Origin: Dipteris shenzhenensis | Lineage: Eukaryota | DNA: 64,000 bases | Reading direction: 5' to 3' (one strand) | NCBI GenBank assembly: GCA_047967505.1 | Contig: CM106538.1 | Part shown: piece by piece, positions 13,532 to 26,989 of the stretch | Position numbering within the stretch: position 1 is the first letter of the stretch | Layout of the letters: every line of letters begins with the position of its first letter | Position numbers and translations under genes: made by a program | The notes under the pieces: model-generated | Told to the model about the DNA's origin: nothing | Databases searched by the model: none | What the model saw: only the letters and a program-made list of their open reading frames with translations

Positions 13532-13984
13532 CTAGAAGATCTCATCATTGGTCTCTCTTATCTTCTCAACAACCCAATCTTTCACTGCCTCCACAGTTGT
13601 ATCCTCAACATAATTACATGCGAAGAAGAAATTTAAGCAATCACAAATTGTTTCTTTATAATTTCTCTGAGAGGCTCTTATTGTTCTCTCAGCATCCACA
13701 TCAAATCGCCCATGTCGAGAGCTGCGATAACGCAAGTTACTTAAGAAGACTAAGAGATCTTGTCGTGCTTTTATCATACGTCTTAAAAGTCTTTCACTCT
13801 CTGCTATCTTGAGAGTCTCCTCCCTCTCTGCGTGCCTTTGTGCATCAAATTCCTCTCTCTCCATGTGTGTCAAAGGAGAACCTTGTCGAATTCTGGCCTC
13901 TCTCTGTGCTCCTTGGTCAGCAATCCATTCTTTGAGATTGTTAATTCTAAACTCCACATCTTCGACAATGCCAAGGACATCCAT
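13532..13984 (-). CDS. Hypothetical 150-aa helical protein, uninterrupted ORF
   Basis: ATG-to-stop ORF with protein-like composition (MDVLGIVEDVEFRINNLKEW...); no family recognised. Confidence 0.4.
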   Translation of the reverse strand: MDVLGIVEDVEFRINNLKEWIADQGAQREARIRQGSPLTHMEREEFDAQRHAEREETLKIAESERLLRRMIKARQDLLVFLSNLRYRSSRHGRFDVDAERTIRASQRNYKETICDCLNFFFACNYVEDTTVEAVKDWVVEKIRETNDEIF

Positions 13985-14581
13985 GGGTGGGGAGATGATA
14001 AAGAAAGGGAGATGGACTACGATGCAAGAAAGAAGAGAGTGTCTGTGGAAGGACTAGGATGGAAGAATACAAGTTAATGAGAAGCACTAGGATGGATGAA
14101 AGAAGAGAGTGTTTGTGGAAGAACTAGGATAGAAGAATACAAGTTATCAGGATGGATGAAAGAAGAGAGTGTTTGTGGAAGGACTAGGATAGAAGAATAC
14201 AAGTTACTCAGAAGGACTAGGATGTAAGAAATAAGAGAGTGTTTGTGGAAGGACTAGGATGGAAGAATACAAGTGCACTAAGGCACGATGTGTTCACTAT
14301 GATAAGGATAAGGGTTGGAATAAAGTGAGAGGCACGATGTGTTCACTATGATAAGGATAAGGGTTGGAATAAAGTGAGTGGAGATTGTCCAATTGAATAA
14401 AATTTTGCAGAGCATTGGGAATGCTATACTTTAAGTGAGTGGAGCATTAATACTTGCGAGTGAAATATATTACAAGTGAGAGAGAGAGAGAGAGCGATAT
14501 GATAAGGATAAGGGTTGGAATAAAGTGAGAGAAGCATTGGGAATGCTCTACTTTAAGTGAGTGGAGACTGTCCAACTGAAT

Positions 14582-15131
14582 AAAATTCTCATCACACAAG
14601 GATTTATTTCCAAATAATCACATCATCACACATTCATATCATAAAATTGTGTGCATGAAGAAATATATTACAAATATTACATCATCACATATTCATATCA
14701 AAATTCTCATCACACAAGGATTTATTTCCAAATAATCACATCATCACACATTCATATCATAAAATTGTGTGCATGAAGAAATATATTGCAAATATTACAT
14801 CATCACATATTCATATCAAAATTCTCATCACACAAGGATCTATTTCCAAATAATCACATCATCACACATTCATATCATAAAATTGTGTGCATGAAGAAAT
14901 ATATTACAAATATTACATCATCACATATTCATATCAAAATTCTCATCACACAAGGATCTATTTCCAAATAATCACATCATCACACATTCATATCATAAAA
15001 TTGTGTGCATGAAGAAATATATTACAAATATTACATCATCACATATTCATATCAAAATTCTCATCACACAAGGATCTATTTCCAAATAATCACATCATCA
15101 CACATTCATATCATAAAATTGTGTGCATGAA
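14582..15131. repeat. 118-bp tandem repeat, ~4.6 near-identical copies
   Basis: AAAATTCTCATCACACAAGG starts at 14582, 14700, 14818, 14936 and 15054. Confidence 0.95.
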
Positions 15132-15228
15132 ATAATTATATAAATATCATCAGTAAATGCCACTTAAGTAATAAGTCACAAATTGGTGTATAATCAACAA
15201 AAACTACAAACACAACATCATACATGCA

Positions 15229-18200
15229 TCACAACTCTTCTGATGCTTCTAGTAGAGACTGTGGCAACTCTTCTGATGCTTCCAATGGAGGCTGTGGTGC
15301 TCTAGATGTACACTCAGTCTCTGTACTATGTAGTGCTTTCGGAGTAGACTCAGTATCCTCTTCCTTAAATGCAAGCGGAGGCTTTGGCAACTCTTCTGAT
15401 GCTTCCAGTGGAGGCTGTGGTGCTGTAGGTGTACACTGGGTCTCTACTTCTTCTGTAGTGGGCAGTGCTTTCATAGTAGACTCAGTCTCCTCTTCCTTAA
15501 ATGCAAGTTCTGATATTGCTTCAATTGCACGTTGTATTCTAATGGCAGCAATTAGGAATGATTTCAGCCCTAAACAATTGTATATCCTCCTCTGAATATT
15601 TGAGCTCCAAAGAGTCTTTCGATGAGATCTGTGGCTTAAGTGAGAAAATTTCTTTGACAATCAACATGCAGTTGTAGGCAACTCTCCACCCACAACTATG
15701 CCCATCTTCCTACTCTACTACTAAACGCTTTTGGAAGTCTACTGAGTCTTTGTACTGTCCTGTTTCTCTGATAGCAGATACCAACTTCTCAATCGACCTG
15801 CTCATCATGACATATTAAAAAAACTTAGTGTGTCTATTACATAAGGTACATAACATAGAAGTAACAATAGATTAATAGAATATTTACGTTTGCACTGAGC
15901 CATGAAAGCCTGCAATCGAGTTAACAAACCAACAATAGTTGTCTTCAAGGTCCCAAACCACCAGACTCCAATGTTCCCTACATGAATAATTAAGAACCAT
16001 TATTATTTAACACAATGTTGCCAGTATAAGATGAAAATAAAGGTTGCCATGATACTTACATCTCATGATATGCCATAAATAGGACTCGCACGCCATGTAA
16101 ATGTAAAGGCTGTAACAATTTACAAACATCGGCTATTGTCTTTTTGTTATCGCTAAGTATAGGAGAAAGGAGGGAATCCAACATATACACACAGTTTTGT
16201 ACGGCTCTACCAATTCGTGAGATAACTATACTACACCAACAAATAAATGAATATTAGCTTATTAGATTTAATCAAAATATTGAATTATCAAGCAAAGAAA
16301 AATTTTGTATCAAACCTAAGAATGGCCATCATAATGTTGTTATTGACCTCATTTGAAGCTCTAGAGAGAATTGAAATCTCCTCTCCCCCAAATTCAAGAT
16401 ACTGAGGTCTATGTTGAATCATAACCCTAACATTAAAAGAGCTTCCCAATTCTTCCAATGAAGCCATGTTTGTAGAGTTGAGGTCTTCTATCCTCTTTGA
16501 CTCTTTGACGGCATTCATTTCGCAATCAATGATTGCTCGAATGGTACATGTTATAAATGCATAGAGATGCAAATCCGTATATGTTGACACTGTGGTGTCA
16601 TTTTGTATCTCAAAAATTTGACCAAGTACCAAAAAGCAATTGTAGCCCACCCTCCATCCACAATTATAGATGTGGCTATTCTCTTGATGTGATACCTGAC
16701 ATGTTATATACTCTATTTGTTGTGCCAAGTCACATTGCTGCATTACTATGTCGATAGCACCTACTAACTTTTGAGCTGTTTTGCACATCAAAACACATAA
16801 CAACAGTGAATATGTGCATTGCATATCAATCTACATGTCAAGAAGTGACAACAAGTGTAGTCTATACTTATTCTAACACATTGCCATGGATGGATGTCAT
16901 TGAGTTGGCAAAGAAGCACTTCTTCGCAAGGATGTCCAAGACTACCAGACTCCAATGTGAGCTACATTATCAATAAAGAATAATTACTATGTTTGAGATA
17001 ATTCTAGCAATGCAATAGAAAAAACAAGTAGGGTTTGATGCTTACTTCTCATAATATGCTGTAAAAATAACTCGTGTGTCATTCATAGGAACGTGCTTCA
17101 ACCACTTGCAAACATCCTCTATGGTTTCTTTGTTGCTAAGCACTTCCGCAATACGAGGATCGAGCATATATGAAATGCTTTGTATATTTTGCGGAAAATT
17201 TGCTATAACATTACTATATTAAAAAAAAAAGTATTAGCTTCTTGGGTTTAATCAAAATAAGCAAAGTATAAAGCCAAGGAAAAGGCTGCATCAAACCTGA
17301 GGATGGTTCTAATGAATTTGACATTAACCTCTTTCTTAGGATTCAAGAGGATTGAAATCTCTTCTTCACCAAATTCAAAAAAATAAGGTTGTCGTCGAAT
17401 TAACAACATAGCGGTGAATGAACTTCCAATCTGCTCCAATAGATTCATATTTTCATGACTCATCTTATTGAGAGAGTAGTCTACATCGTATTCTTCTGCA
17501 CTTGCTATGTCCTCCACATCCTCCTTCTGCCATAAAAATATAAAAAAGTTATGCGATGTACACATCCCAAATAAAGGCTTAAACAAGCAGATAAGGTTTC
17601 ATACATGCTTTCATTAGAGTGAGTCTATCCTCCGCTTGGAGCAAAAATTTAAAAAGGTTTCATACATGCTTTCATTAGAGTGAGTCTCTCCTCCTCTTGG
17701 GGGAAAATTTTAAAAAGTTATGAGATTTACACATCCCAAATAAAAATAATGGTTTAAGTAATCATAGAAGTATAAAGATAGCATGCTTTCATTAGACTCA
17801 GTCTCTTCTCCTCTTGGAGGAAAATATAAAAAAGTTATGAGATTTACACATCCCAATTAAAGGCTTGAACCAGCATACAAGTATCAAGATAAGGTTTTAT
17901 ACATGCTGCAATGTAGTCATATTTTCAGGTTGTTTCCCAATGGTAGTAATTAGACGCTGAATACTCTCAGCCCAAAATGCTAGCAGATCAACTTCTGTAT
18001 ATGATTCCATTTTAACTGGTAACTCCAAATCAAAAATCTCTCTAAGAAACAACATGCAGTTGTAGGCAACTCTCCACCCACAGCTGTGTCCATCTTTTTG
18101 CTCCACTGGTAGACGTCTTTTGAATTCTACTTGATCTTGTTGCTCCATGGTTATTCTGACAGTAGATACTAGCCGATATGCAGCACTGTCCATCATGACA

Positions 18201-21200
18201 TATTAAATATATTAATATGTCATGATCATAAGATACAAAATAAGAAAGTATCAAAAATATTAAGAGAATAATTACCTTGGGGAGTTGGCATGATAGCCTT
18301 CTATTGAATTCACAAACCATAAACGGTTGAGTTCAAGGTTCCAGAAGATCAGACTCCAATGTGAGCTACATGATCAGAATAAAAATGATTATTGTTTTAC
18401 ACAAACTTGCCAAAGAAATAGTAAAAATAAGGTTAGAGTTGATACTTACGCCTCATGATAAGGCATTAAGATGACTCGCACCCCATCTAAATTCAAAGGG
18501 CACATCTTCTAGAGTCTTTTGAGGAGAGCTAAGAATAGAAGAAAGGAGAGCATCGAGTATGTAGACACGATGCTGCACTACACTAGGAAGTTGAGAAATA
18601 ACTACACTGCACCAAGAAATAAACAAACATTAGCTCATAGAATTGATTTGCATTCTGCACTAGGAAACTGATATATAACTACACTGTGAATAAATAAACA
18701 AATGTTAGCTCATTGAAGTAGCAACAAATAAACAAACATTACCTGAGAATGGCCAAGATAACATTGTCATTAACCTCTTTTAAAGGATTGGAGAGGATTG
18801 AAACCTCCTCTCTACCAAAGCTCAAATACTGAGGTTCTCGTTTCAAAATGATCCTAACTTCAAATGAGCTCTCCATTTTATCGAATGCAGCTAAATTTGA
18901 TTCTTCAATCAAATTTAGAGGTGGTTGCATTGTTGAAGTAAAAGGGAGTGCCTCCGTATTGACTTCATCCATTTCTTCTCCCTCTATTGCCTGTAAACAA
19001 ATATGAGAGATTAGATTCATTATCTTTAAATTTAAATCTTATTTAAAAAATTGTATTTAGTTGAGAAATAGAGAGTTCATACCTCTAAGTATTGTCGTAG
19101 TGGCCTTTTTTCATAACCCTGCGAGCCATAATTATCAAAGAAGGCATCATCATGTTTGTCTTCATCCACCAACCTCTTTGTGAACGGGTCATGTAAGTCC
19201 ATCTTTTCATCATCATCAACTGGGACATTATTATCTTCAAGGTAATCATCCATGTCATCGGTGTCCTTGTGGTCTATCTCTTTTTCATAGCCTGTGGTTA
19301 GATCTGCTTGAAGCTGGAAATAAGCCATGGAATGCTTATTTTCAATAATATTTGTGGAGTTGCCTTTTCTGAGGAGATCCTCAAATAAATATCCCATCCT
19401 GCACAAGGTGACCTCCCAACCTGCCGGTAGCAAATTCTCCATCATGGTAAGCAAGAGACTCCCACTTTTTGCAGGACTTCCATAGTTGTTTTTTTGATAA
19501 TGTATGGACCTGGGAATATCTTGCTCTTCTAGCATCAATCTCAAATTATTTGAATTCCCTCTTATGTTCTTTTGTAAGAAGTGATCAGGGTTGGGACTCT
19601 GCATACACAAAAAGAATGATTCAAGAGATTGAATCGCTATGCCACATTCTCTGTTGCCTCTCTTTGCTGCATAAACACCACTATAGATCTTCAAATCTGA
19701 TGAATATGCTCGCTCTAGAGTAACCCGCATGGCTTCTTTGTCTTTTTTATCAACAAAAATGACAATATTGCAAATCACCACTTTGCTAATGGTGGTATAT
19801 ACTATTCTATCAATGAAGTTATGGATATCATCGCTAGAAACTTCATTGATAAAGAATAGTTGTGGCTTATCCCATGCTGACTCATTCTTGAAGAAGTCAT
19901 CTTCTGAGACTCCCCTGAAGTTCACAAGCTTTCCAGACTCTGCCGTAACCTCTACATTGAATTGAAAGCTTTGGTGCATATCTGTCGGCATCCTTATCTC
20001 ATTGATTAATCTTTCCACATATGCAACCACCTGTTGTGGGATTTCTTTTCTCATATAAGAGGTTACTATTTCTGACCCATCTTCATCCTTTTTAATTCAC
20101 CTGTTTGCCCATAGCTTTACCTTGGGTGTTGACAAAGAAGCTATATGCTTCACCACATTATAGTCAATGTTACAATGAGTAAGTGGAATTTGTTTCTCTG
20201 ACAGCAAATACTTAATGGCACTATGCACTGCATCACGCCTCACCTGTACATTGATGCATTCTTCCACGCAGTGGTCTTTGTCTTTTTTTCCAAAAAACCA
20301 TTCTTTCTTTAAAATTTTTTGTTCTGCCATGGATGCATACTTATCAGGTAAGTACTTTATAGGCCTCCACATCCTTGCCATCAACTCCTTCTTATCCATT
20401 ACCTTTGACTTGCTGGAGATAAACAAAGGAGCTTCATAGGTCAGCTGTCCATGCTCACAAGCAATGCACATTTCAAGCATCTCATTGAACACTTCAACAG
20501 GATGAAATATGATAGAAGTGTAGTCGGCATATCTGTCCCTCACCACCTTGAGTCTTGTCATACTTTCTTCTCGCTCTTGAGTTCCCCTAGGCACAACTGC
20601 ACTCAAAGAAGTATAGAAGTTCATGAGTGTGTCAGCGTCTGCTTTTGTGACCTTTTGCTTCAAATCAGGATTTGGAAAACCAAATGTTGTCCATATAACC
20701 CTTGCCTTCTGTAAGACCTCTGATGTTGAGGATATCTTACGCTTTCCATGGACATAATGATTAAGTCTTTCGGACTCAATCAAATACTTGATCTCATGCT
20801 TGAATATACAGATTGTTGCAGGATAATAATGGAATGAACTTATCTTTGCAAATTGTTCTGGAGTGAGTCTTTTGCCCTCCTTTGCTTCCCTTGCGATCTG
20901 ATTACAAGCATAAGCCCAATGTTGACCATCAATGGGCTGGAATCTGCAATGAAGGAGGAATTCCTTCTTTACTTCCTTTAGCATATTCTCACCTTGTGCC
21001 TCTTCGCCTTGTTCATGTGGAATATTTTTAAGAGTGTCTTTAAAGAATTGACTGAAGGTTTCCTCGAAATGTGTAGGCCTTGTAAATGTTATTTGATCCA
21101 GAAAACTATTTTTGGTTGGACAAAACATTATTGGGCGCAAGACCACATTGCTTGCCACAGGTTTCTTACCATCTCTCAAAGCCTCGTATTAGGATATATC

Positions 21201-22280
21201 AAGGCTTCGGCTATTAGTAAAGAGAGCTGTAGCTTCCACATCTTTGGCATTCACAAACCACATCCTTTGACCCCAGATATATCCCACATCATCATCTGTA
21301 ACTGCTTCATTAAGACGCAGATTAAGATTTTTGATTGATGTGAGTTCATCCTGATCATCTTCAACCTCGGGTTCTGAGTCTTCTTCATCTTTCTCTTTTT
21401 TTAACCGTTTTTCATCCACATTATCTCTCTCTACAATGGGACGATGTCTTTTTTTACTGCTTGGAACCGTGGCTCTTGCAGTACTAGCCTTTTGCATTTC
21501 ATGTCGTGGTTTGCTAGCAAGAGCTTCTAGCATAACTGCAGTGGATCGACCTTGATCTTCTTCAATTTTTTTAAATTCCCGTGCACTCAAGGCTTGTTTT
21601 TCATCATCCTTAGTTACATCCACCATTTCTTGCTCTAGAAGTTTGCGCTCATGTTCTACACGTTTGTGACAGTGTGCCTGTTCTTCTTGTCCCTGCATCG
21701 AGGTCTAAGCTTCTTAATCTCCTTCATGTGAAGATCCTTGAATATGAGGAGCATATTCTGCATCGTGAAAGTACTCAAACATTATCTTTGCATGCATCCT
21801 TTTTGCCACCACACTAGGAAATTGCTCCCAAGTATATGAAAGAGTCTCCAATGCACTTTGCAGCTGTGGAAACTTTGATGGTTGAGGAGGAGGCATCACA
21901 AAGGTCTTTGAGTCTCTCCTTGACACAATAAAATGAATACCGCCAACTTCAGGATCTGAACTCTTTGTTAAAATATCCACAAAGGTGTCTTTTCGTTGTA
22001 TTATTATGCCTACCACAAGGCTTGAAGTCATATCTTTTTTGGAGAAAGTAGCATCCCATGGATCTTCAACACCATTGAACTCCCTTTTTGACATAAGTAG
22101 AAAGAGTCTCTTTTCCTTTTGATGAAGAAACCAAGCTCTTCTGCCCATGTGATATCGAGTCCACCTACAAAAGCCATTGGGGCTATATTCCTTTCCTTTG
22201 AAATTCAAAGTGACATCAGAAACCCATTCTCTGATCTTAGAGTCATTTAGGATAGCCATCACATTAGCTGATTGCTCCAT
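15229..22280 (-). pseudogene. Large multi-exon gene: ParB-like DGQH region, possible degenerate MTase-like fold and three tandem Ulp1/C48 peptidase-like domains
   Basis: Long adjacent ORFs 22280-19077 with QPIDGQHW at ~20916-20939. Then three repeated exon sets, each with [SE]HWSL(V/I)xxD/N (~18360, ~16958, ~15972) and Q..(D)GHSCGWRVAYNC or YNCGWRVGYNC (~18080, ~16660, ~15695). Stops and frameshifts throughout. Confidence 0.78.
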
Positions 22281-22353
22281 AATCCTACAAGAAAAGATAA
22301 TGAAGAATTTAGATACATACAAGTAAAGTACAATATACAACCCTTGATACAAT

Positions 22354-22696
22354 AAGAGGGGCTCCTTAAATGAGAGAGAAGAGTAGGGAGGGAAAGAAAG
22401 AGAGAGGAGAGAGGGCGAGAGAGATTAAGAGAGAGAAGAGGGTCTCTTAGGGGCCGTGGCTGCTTGAGGGAGGGAGACAGTAGGGAGAGAGAGGGAGAGA
22501 GAGAGGGAGAGAGAGGGAGAGAGAGAAAGAGAGAGAGAGGGAAAGAGAGAGAGGGAGAGAGAGAGAAAGAGAGAGAGGGAGAGAGAGGGAGAGAGAGAGA
22601 TGTTTATCAGAATGAAACGTGGCGAGAGGAGAGAGGGAAAGAGAGAGAGAGAGAGAAGAGAAGAGGGAGACTTAGGGAGAGAGAAAGAGAGAGAGG

Positions 22697-22736
<40 letters not shown>

Positions 22737-24131
22737 CAGAGAGAAAGAGAGAGAGGGAGAGAGAGGAAGGAATGAAACTTCTGTGCTAGAGGGAGGGAGA
22801 GGGAGAGAGAGAATAAGTGGGATGAGGATAGAGAGGAAAACACATAAGAGTTGTCAGAGAGAGAGAGAGAGAGAGAGAGAGATTAAGAGAGAGAATGAGG
22901 TGTCTTGACTATGGCTACAGAGAGATTTAGGAGTCGAGAGAGAGAGAGAGAGAAAGTAAAGAGAGTTTTATATATTTACATGTTTTATATTATACTTTTA
23001 AAAAATTATAAAAGAGTGAATTTATGGTTTGTTTTAAAGGTGAGATAATATTTTTATATATATTCATCTTTTAAATTGAAAAATGTTAACTTTTCTTTAG
23101 ATACTTGTTCTTCATTTATCTCACATGCACGTTTAGTCTCTACATCACAACCCCTTCTTTTGCATATTTAAGCCTCTTAAACCCCAACACATTAAAATGA
23201 ACATAGAAAAAGAAATTATTTATTGCTTTTCTTCGCTTCGATGGTTGGTCTAGCATAGTTTAGCATAGATTAGATTGCCTTAGAGGAGAGACAATTCTCC
23301 AAGTTGCCAATCGAAGCCATGCTCAAATTTTTCTAACTAGTTCCTAATCGTTGTCAGTCCCTTCGCTCACATGCGGTCTAACACTCATAACATGCTATTA
23401 CATAAGACCTTTTACCATTTACCAAGAAGTTTATTAGTGGGCAGATTGCATGAGCAGATATCAGTGGACAGATTACATATATCAGTGGACAGATTACATG
23501 TCATGGGACATATTGGAGCTTGATGATTATTGGTTATTTTTATTGCATTTGTATAAATATTTAAGCTCCTTTATTGTCATAAAAACCCTTGTAAAGCCTT
23601 CTATGCTATTTTTTACATTTATTGTCATATGAAGCGCCTTGTAATAAACTTGACCATCTCGACCATTCACTATTTAACAAGTATCAGTGGGATGCATAAG
23701 TGGATATCATGTGGGCTGCATAAGTGGATATCAGTGGAACAGTTTTTAGTGGAAAGATTGCATCAGTTGGGTATCAGTGCACAGATATCAATGGATGGAT
23801 AGATTACATGTCATCATGAAGATTGAAGCTTTATGACTAGAGGGCAAATCAATGGATGGACACATTACATGTCTTCACGAAGATTGAAGCTTTATCACTA
23901 GATGACATTTTATATTACTTGTAAAGCTTTATTGGCTAATTTTTTTACATTTGTACAAATATTTAAGCCTTGTAAAGCCTTTTAGGCTATTTCCCACATT
24001 TATTGCCATATGAAGCCTTGTAATCCCTCCCTATTCTCTCATTTCTCAAATTTACAAACTCAAATATAAATAAAAAACTAATTAAAATAGAACTCAAAAA
24101 CTCAAATAAGAAACTAATTTAATCCCTCTCT

Positions 24132-24162
<31 letters not shown>

Positions 24163-24357
24163 CCTCTCTCTCTTTCCCTGTCTCTCTCTTTCTCTCTCTC
24201 CCTCTCTCTCTCTTTCTCTCTCTCTCCCTACTCTCTCCCTCCCTCAAGCAGCCACGGCCCCCAAGAGACCCTCTTCTCTCTCTTAATCTCTCTCCCCCTC
24301 TCTCCTCTCTCTTTCTTTCCCTCCCTACTCTTCTCTCTCATTTAAGGAGCCCCTCTT
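22354..24357. repeat. Long inverted repeat with GA/TC-rich arms around a ~1.5-kb spacer
   Basis: 22354-~22490 (AAGAGGGGCTCCTTAAATGAG...GGGCCGTGGCTGCTTGAGGG) is the reverse complement of ~24225-24357; complementarity extends into flanking (GA)n/(TC)n tracts. Confidence 0.9.
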
Positions 24358-25219
24358 CTCTCTGTGAATCTCTCTATCTCTCTCCCTCTCTCCCTCTCTC
24401 TTGGTGGCCATAGCCACCAAGAGCCCCTCTTCTCTCTCTTAATTTCTCTCTTTCCCTCTCTCCTCTCTCCTCTCTCTTTCTCTCCCTCCCTATTCTCTCA
24501 TTTCTCAAATTTATAAACTCAAATATAAATAAAAAAATAATTAAAACAGAACTCAAATACTCAAATAAGGAACTAATTTAAAAAGAATTGTAATGCTTTC
24601 TAAAAGACCCCCCTCCTCAAAAACTTTAACAATAAACTAATTGAAAAAGAATTATAAGTAAAGAAAAAGAATTACAAGACGAATTTTAAGAAATAAAACT
24701 CAAAAACTTTAACAAGAAACTAATTGAAAAAGAATTGTAAGTAAAGAAAAAGAATTACAAGACGAATGAAAAAGAATGCAAGTACTTGGAAAAAGTGAAA
24801 AAAGTAAGGCTCCGCTTATCTAGAAGAAGTGAAAAAAGTAAGGCTCCACTTATCCTTTCTCTTCCGCTCTTGGTTGCTTCAATGAAATGAGGAGAGAGTT
24901 AAAATGAATGAATGGAAAGAAAAGTATATATAAGAAAAGCTAGCCCACTCCTCCTACGCATAAATTTGAAATTTCAAAAAAGAGAGGGAAATTTGAATTC
25001 ATTATAAATTTGAATTCAAATTTGTGTTCAACATTCTTCTCATACTTTCTTCTCGTACGTTCCTTTTGAATTCAAATTTGTGTTCAACATTCTTCTTGAT
25101 ACTTTCTTCAACATTCTTCTCGATACTTTCTTCTCGTAAGTCCTTTTCATTCTTCTCGTAAGTCCTTTTCATTCTTCTCATAAGTCAAATCTTATTTGTC
25201 TCTCTTGCTCATGATAGAA

Positions 25220-25730
25220 AGTCAAATCCTCCTCTCTCCTCTCTCTCCTTCTGCTCCCTCCTCTCCTCTCCCTCTCTCTCTCCTCTCTCTCCTTCCTCTC
25301 CCCTCCCTCCCTCCCTCCCTCGACCCCCGCCCTCCCGCCTTCCCCTCCCCTCCCTTCCCCTTCCCTCCCCTCCCTCCGCCGCCAAAACTCCTCCCTCCCT
25401 CGACCCCCGCCCTCCTCCCCTCCCCTCCCCTCCCCTCCCTCCACCGCCAGAACCCCTCCCCCCCTCGACCCCTCCCCTCCCGCTCTCCCCCTCCCCTTCC
25501 CCCTCTGCCCCCCCCCCTTTCCCCCCCCTACCCCCTTTCCCCCCCGCCCCCGTCCCACCCCCTTTCCCTGGCCCCGTCCCACCAACCCCTTACCCCTCCA
25601 CACCCCATTCCCCCCTTCCCCAAGGCTGGCGCCGCGGCCACAGTCAGCCCCACCCTCTCCCTCCCTTCCTCCTCCCTTCCCTTCAGCCCCTCCATCCTCT
25701 TCTTCTCCTCCCCTGAACCTTTCTCTCTCT
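25220..25730. repeat. C-rich polypyrimidine low-complexity tract
   Basis: Dominated by C/T runs on the + strand. Confidence 0.85.
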
Positions 25731-26533
25731 AGTTTCGCTCTCTTCAAATTTTAAAAAAAAATCTAGAAAAAGAATTAATCAAAAAAATTTGCAAGAACCT
25801 GGAAAAAGTTTGTAAGTTTGCTCTTTCTTGCTTTCTTGCTCTTCCTTCCTTGCTCTCTTAATCGTCCTTGCTTTCTTGCTTCAATGAATGAAATGAGGGG
25901 AGAATGAATGAAGAAGGAAGACTATATATAAGAAAAATTAGGTTTTCTTCCTCCTCTCCTATTGGCTTTCCATTCCTCCCCTCTCTCCTATTGGCTTTTC
26001 ATTTATCCCCTCTCCCATTGGCTCCCATTACTCCCCCTCTCCCATTGGACCCCCATCCCTCATCCCAATCTTCCATTAGCCCTCCCCCCATCCATCCATT
26101 TCTTCTTCCTCCCCATTGCCACCACTCCCATCCCACATTTCCACCACGTCCCATACTCCTCCCATTTCCCAAAATCCCATATTTCCCCATCTCACCCTCC
26201 TCTTTTTCATCCCCTATTAACTCCCCCACTCATTTCACTCCCTTATTATCCTACTCCCCTATTACTTTCCCCTCTCCCATTCCAGTCTTCCCTCCCCACT
26301 CTCACTTCCATTTCCCATTACTCACTTGCCATTTGAAAACTATTAATATATTATTATACTATTGTTTATACTTATTATCATACATCCTTATTACTTCCCT
26401 CTCCCATTCCACTCCTCCCTCCTCACTCCCACTTCCACTTCCCATTACTCACTTGCTATACACATTTGCAAACTATTAATATATTATTATATGATTTCTT
26501 ATACTATTTGCAAACTTACATGTGGGCAAAATC

Positions 26534-26780
26534 CTCGGGGGGGTCACTCATCATATGTAACCCTATCACGTGAGTTCAACAGAAGGATATTTTTTATTCC
26601 TAAAATTTACAGAAATAAATATACATAAGGGACTATTTAAAATAGTTTTGGAAAAAATTTACAGATTTGTATAGAAAAGGGGTACATTTTATTAATGAAA
26701 AAATTTACAGATAAGGGATTTTAAATATAGGCCTTGAACGCACGTGATATAAAGGGTTTATACATAGTGACCCCCCCGAG
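26534..26780. mobile_element. 247-bp MITE with 8-bp target-site duplication
   Basis: Perfect 15-bp TIR CTCGGGGGGGTCACT, extending imperfectly to ~47 bp; direct repeat GCAAAATC at 26526-26533 and 26781-26788; AT-rich non-coding interior. Confidence 0.88.
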
Positions 26781-26989
26781 GCAAAATCACAGGTGTCAAA
26801 GCGATCCTATTGTGGTCATACAACAACTGTGCTTTTATTCAAGGGCATATTTATCCTCATCAACAAGCTTATTTACTCAAGGTATGAAGTGCATAATTTG
26901 TGCACTAGGTGTTTACTTTGTATCAAAATTGTTTGCCACACACACACACATATACACATACCGAAAATTTCTAATATTATCGCATCTAC

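Noticed and set aside
25178-25747. Gly-rich and Pro-rich ORFs on both strands (also the ER-rich ORFs at 22464-22908)
   Set aside because: Artefacts of low-complexity C-rich and GA tracts that lack stop codons.
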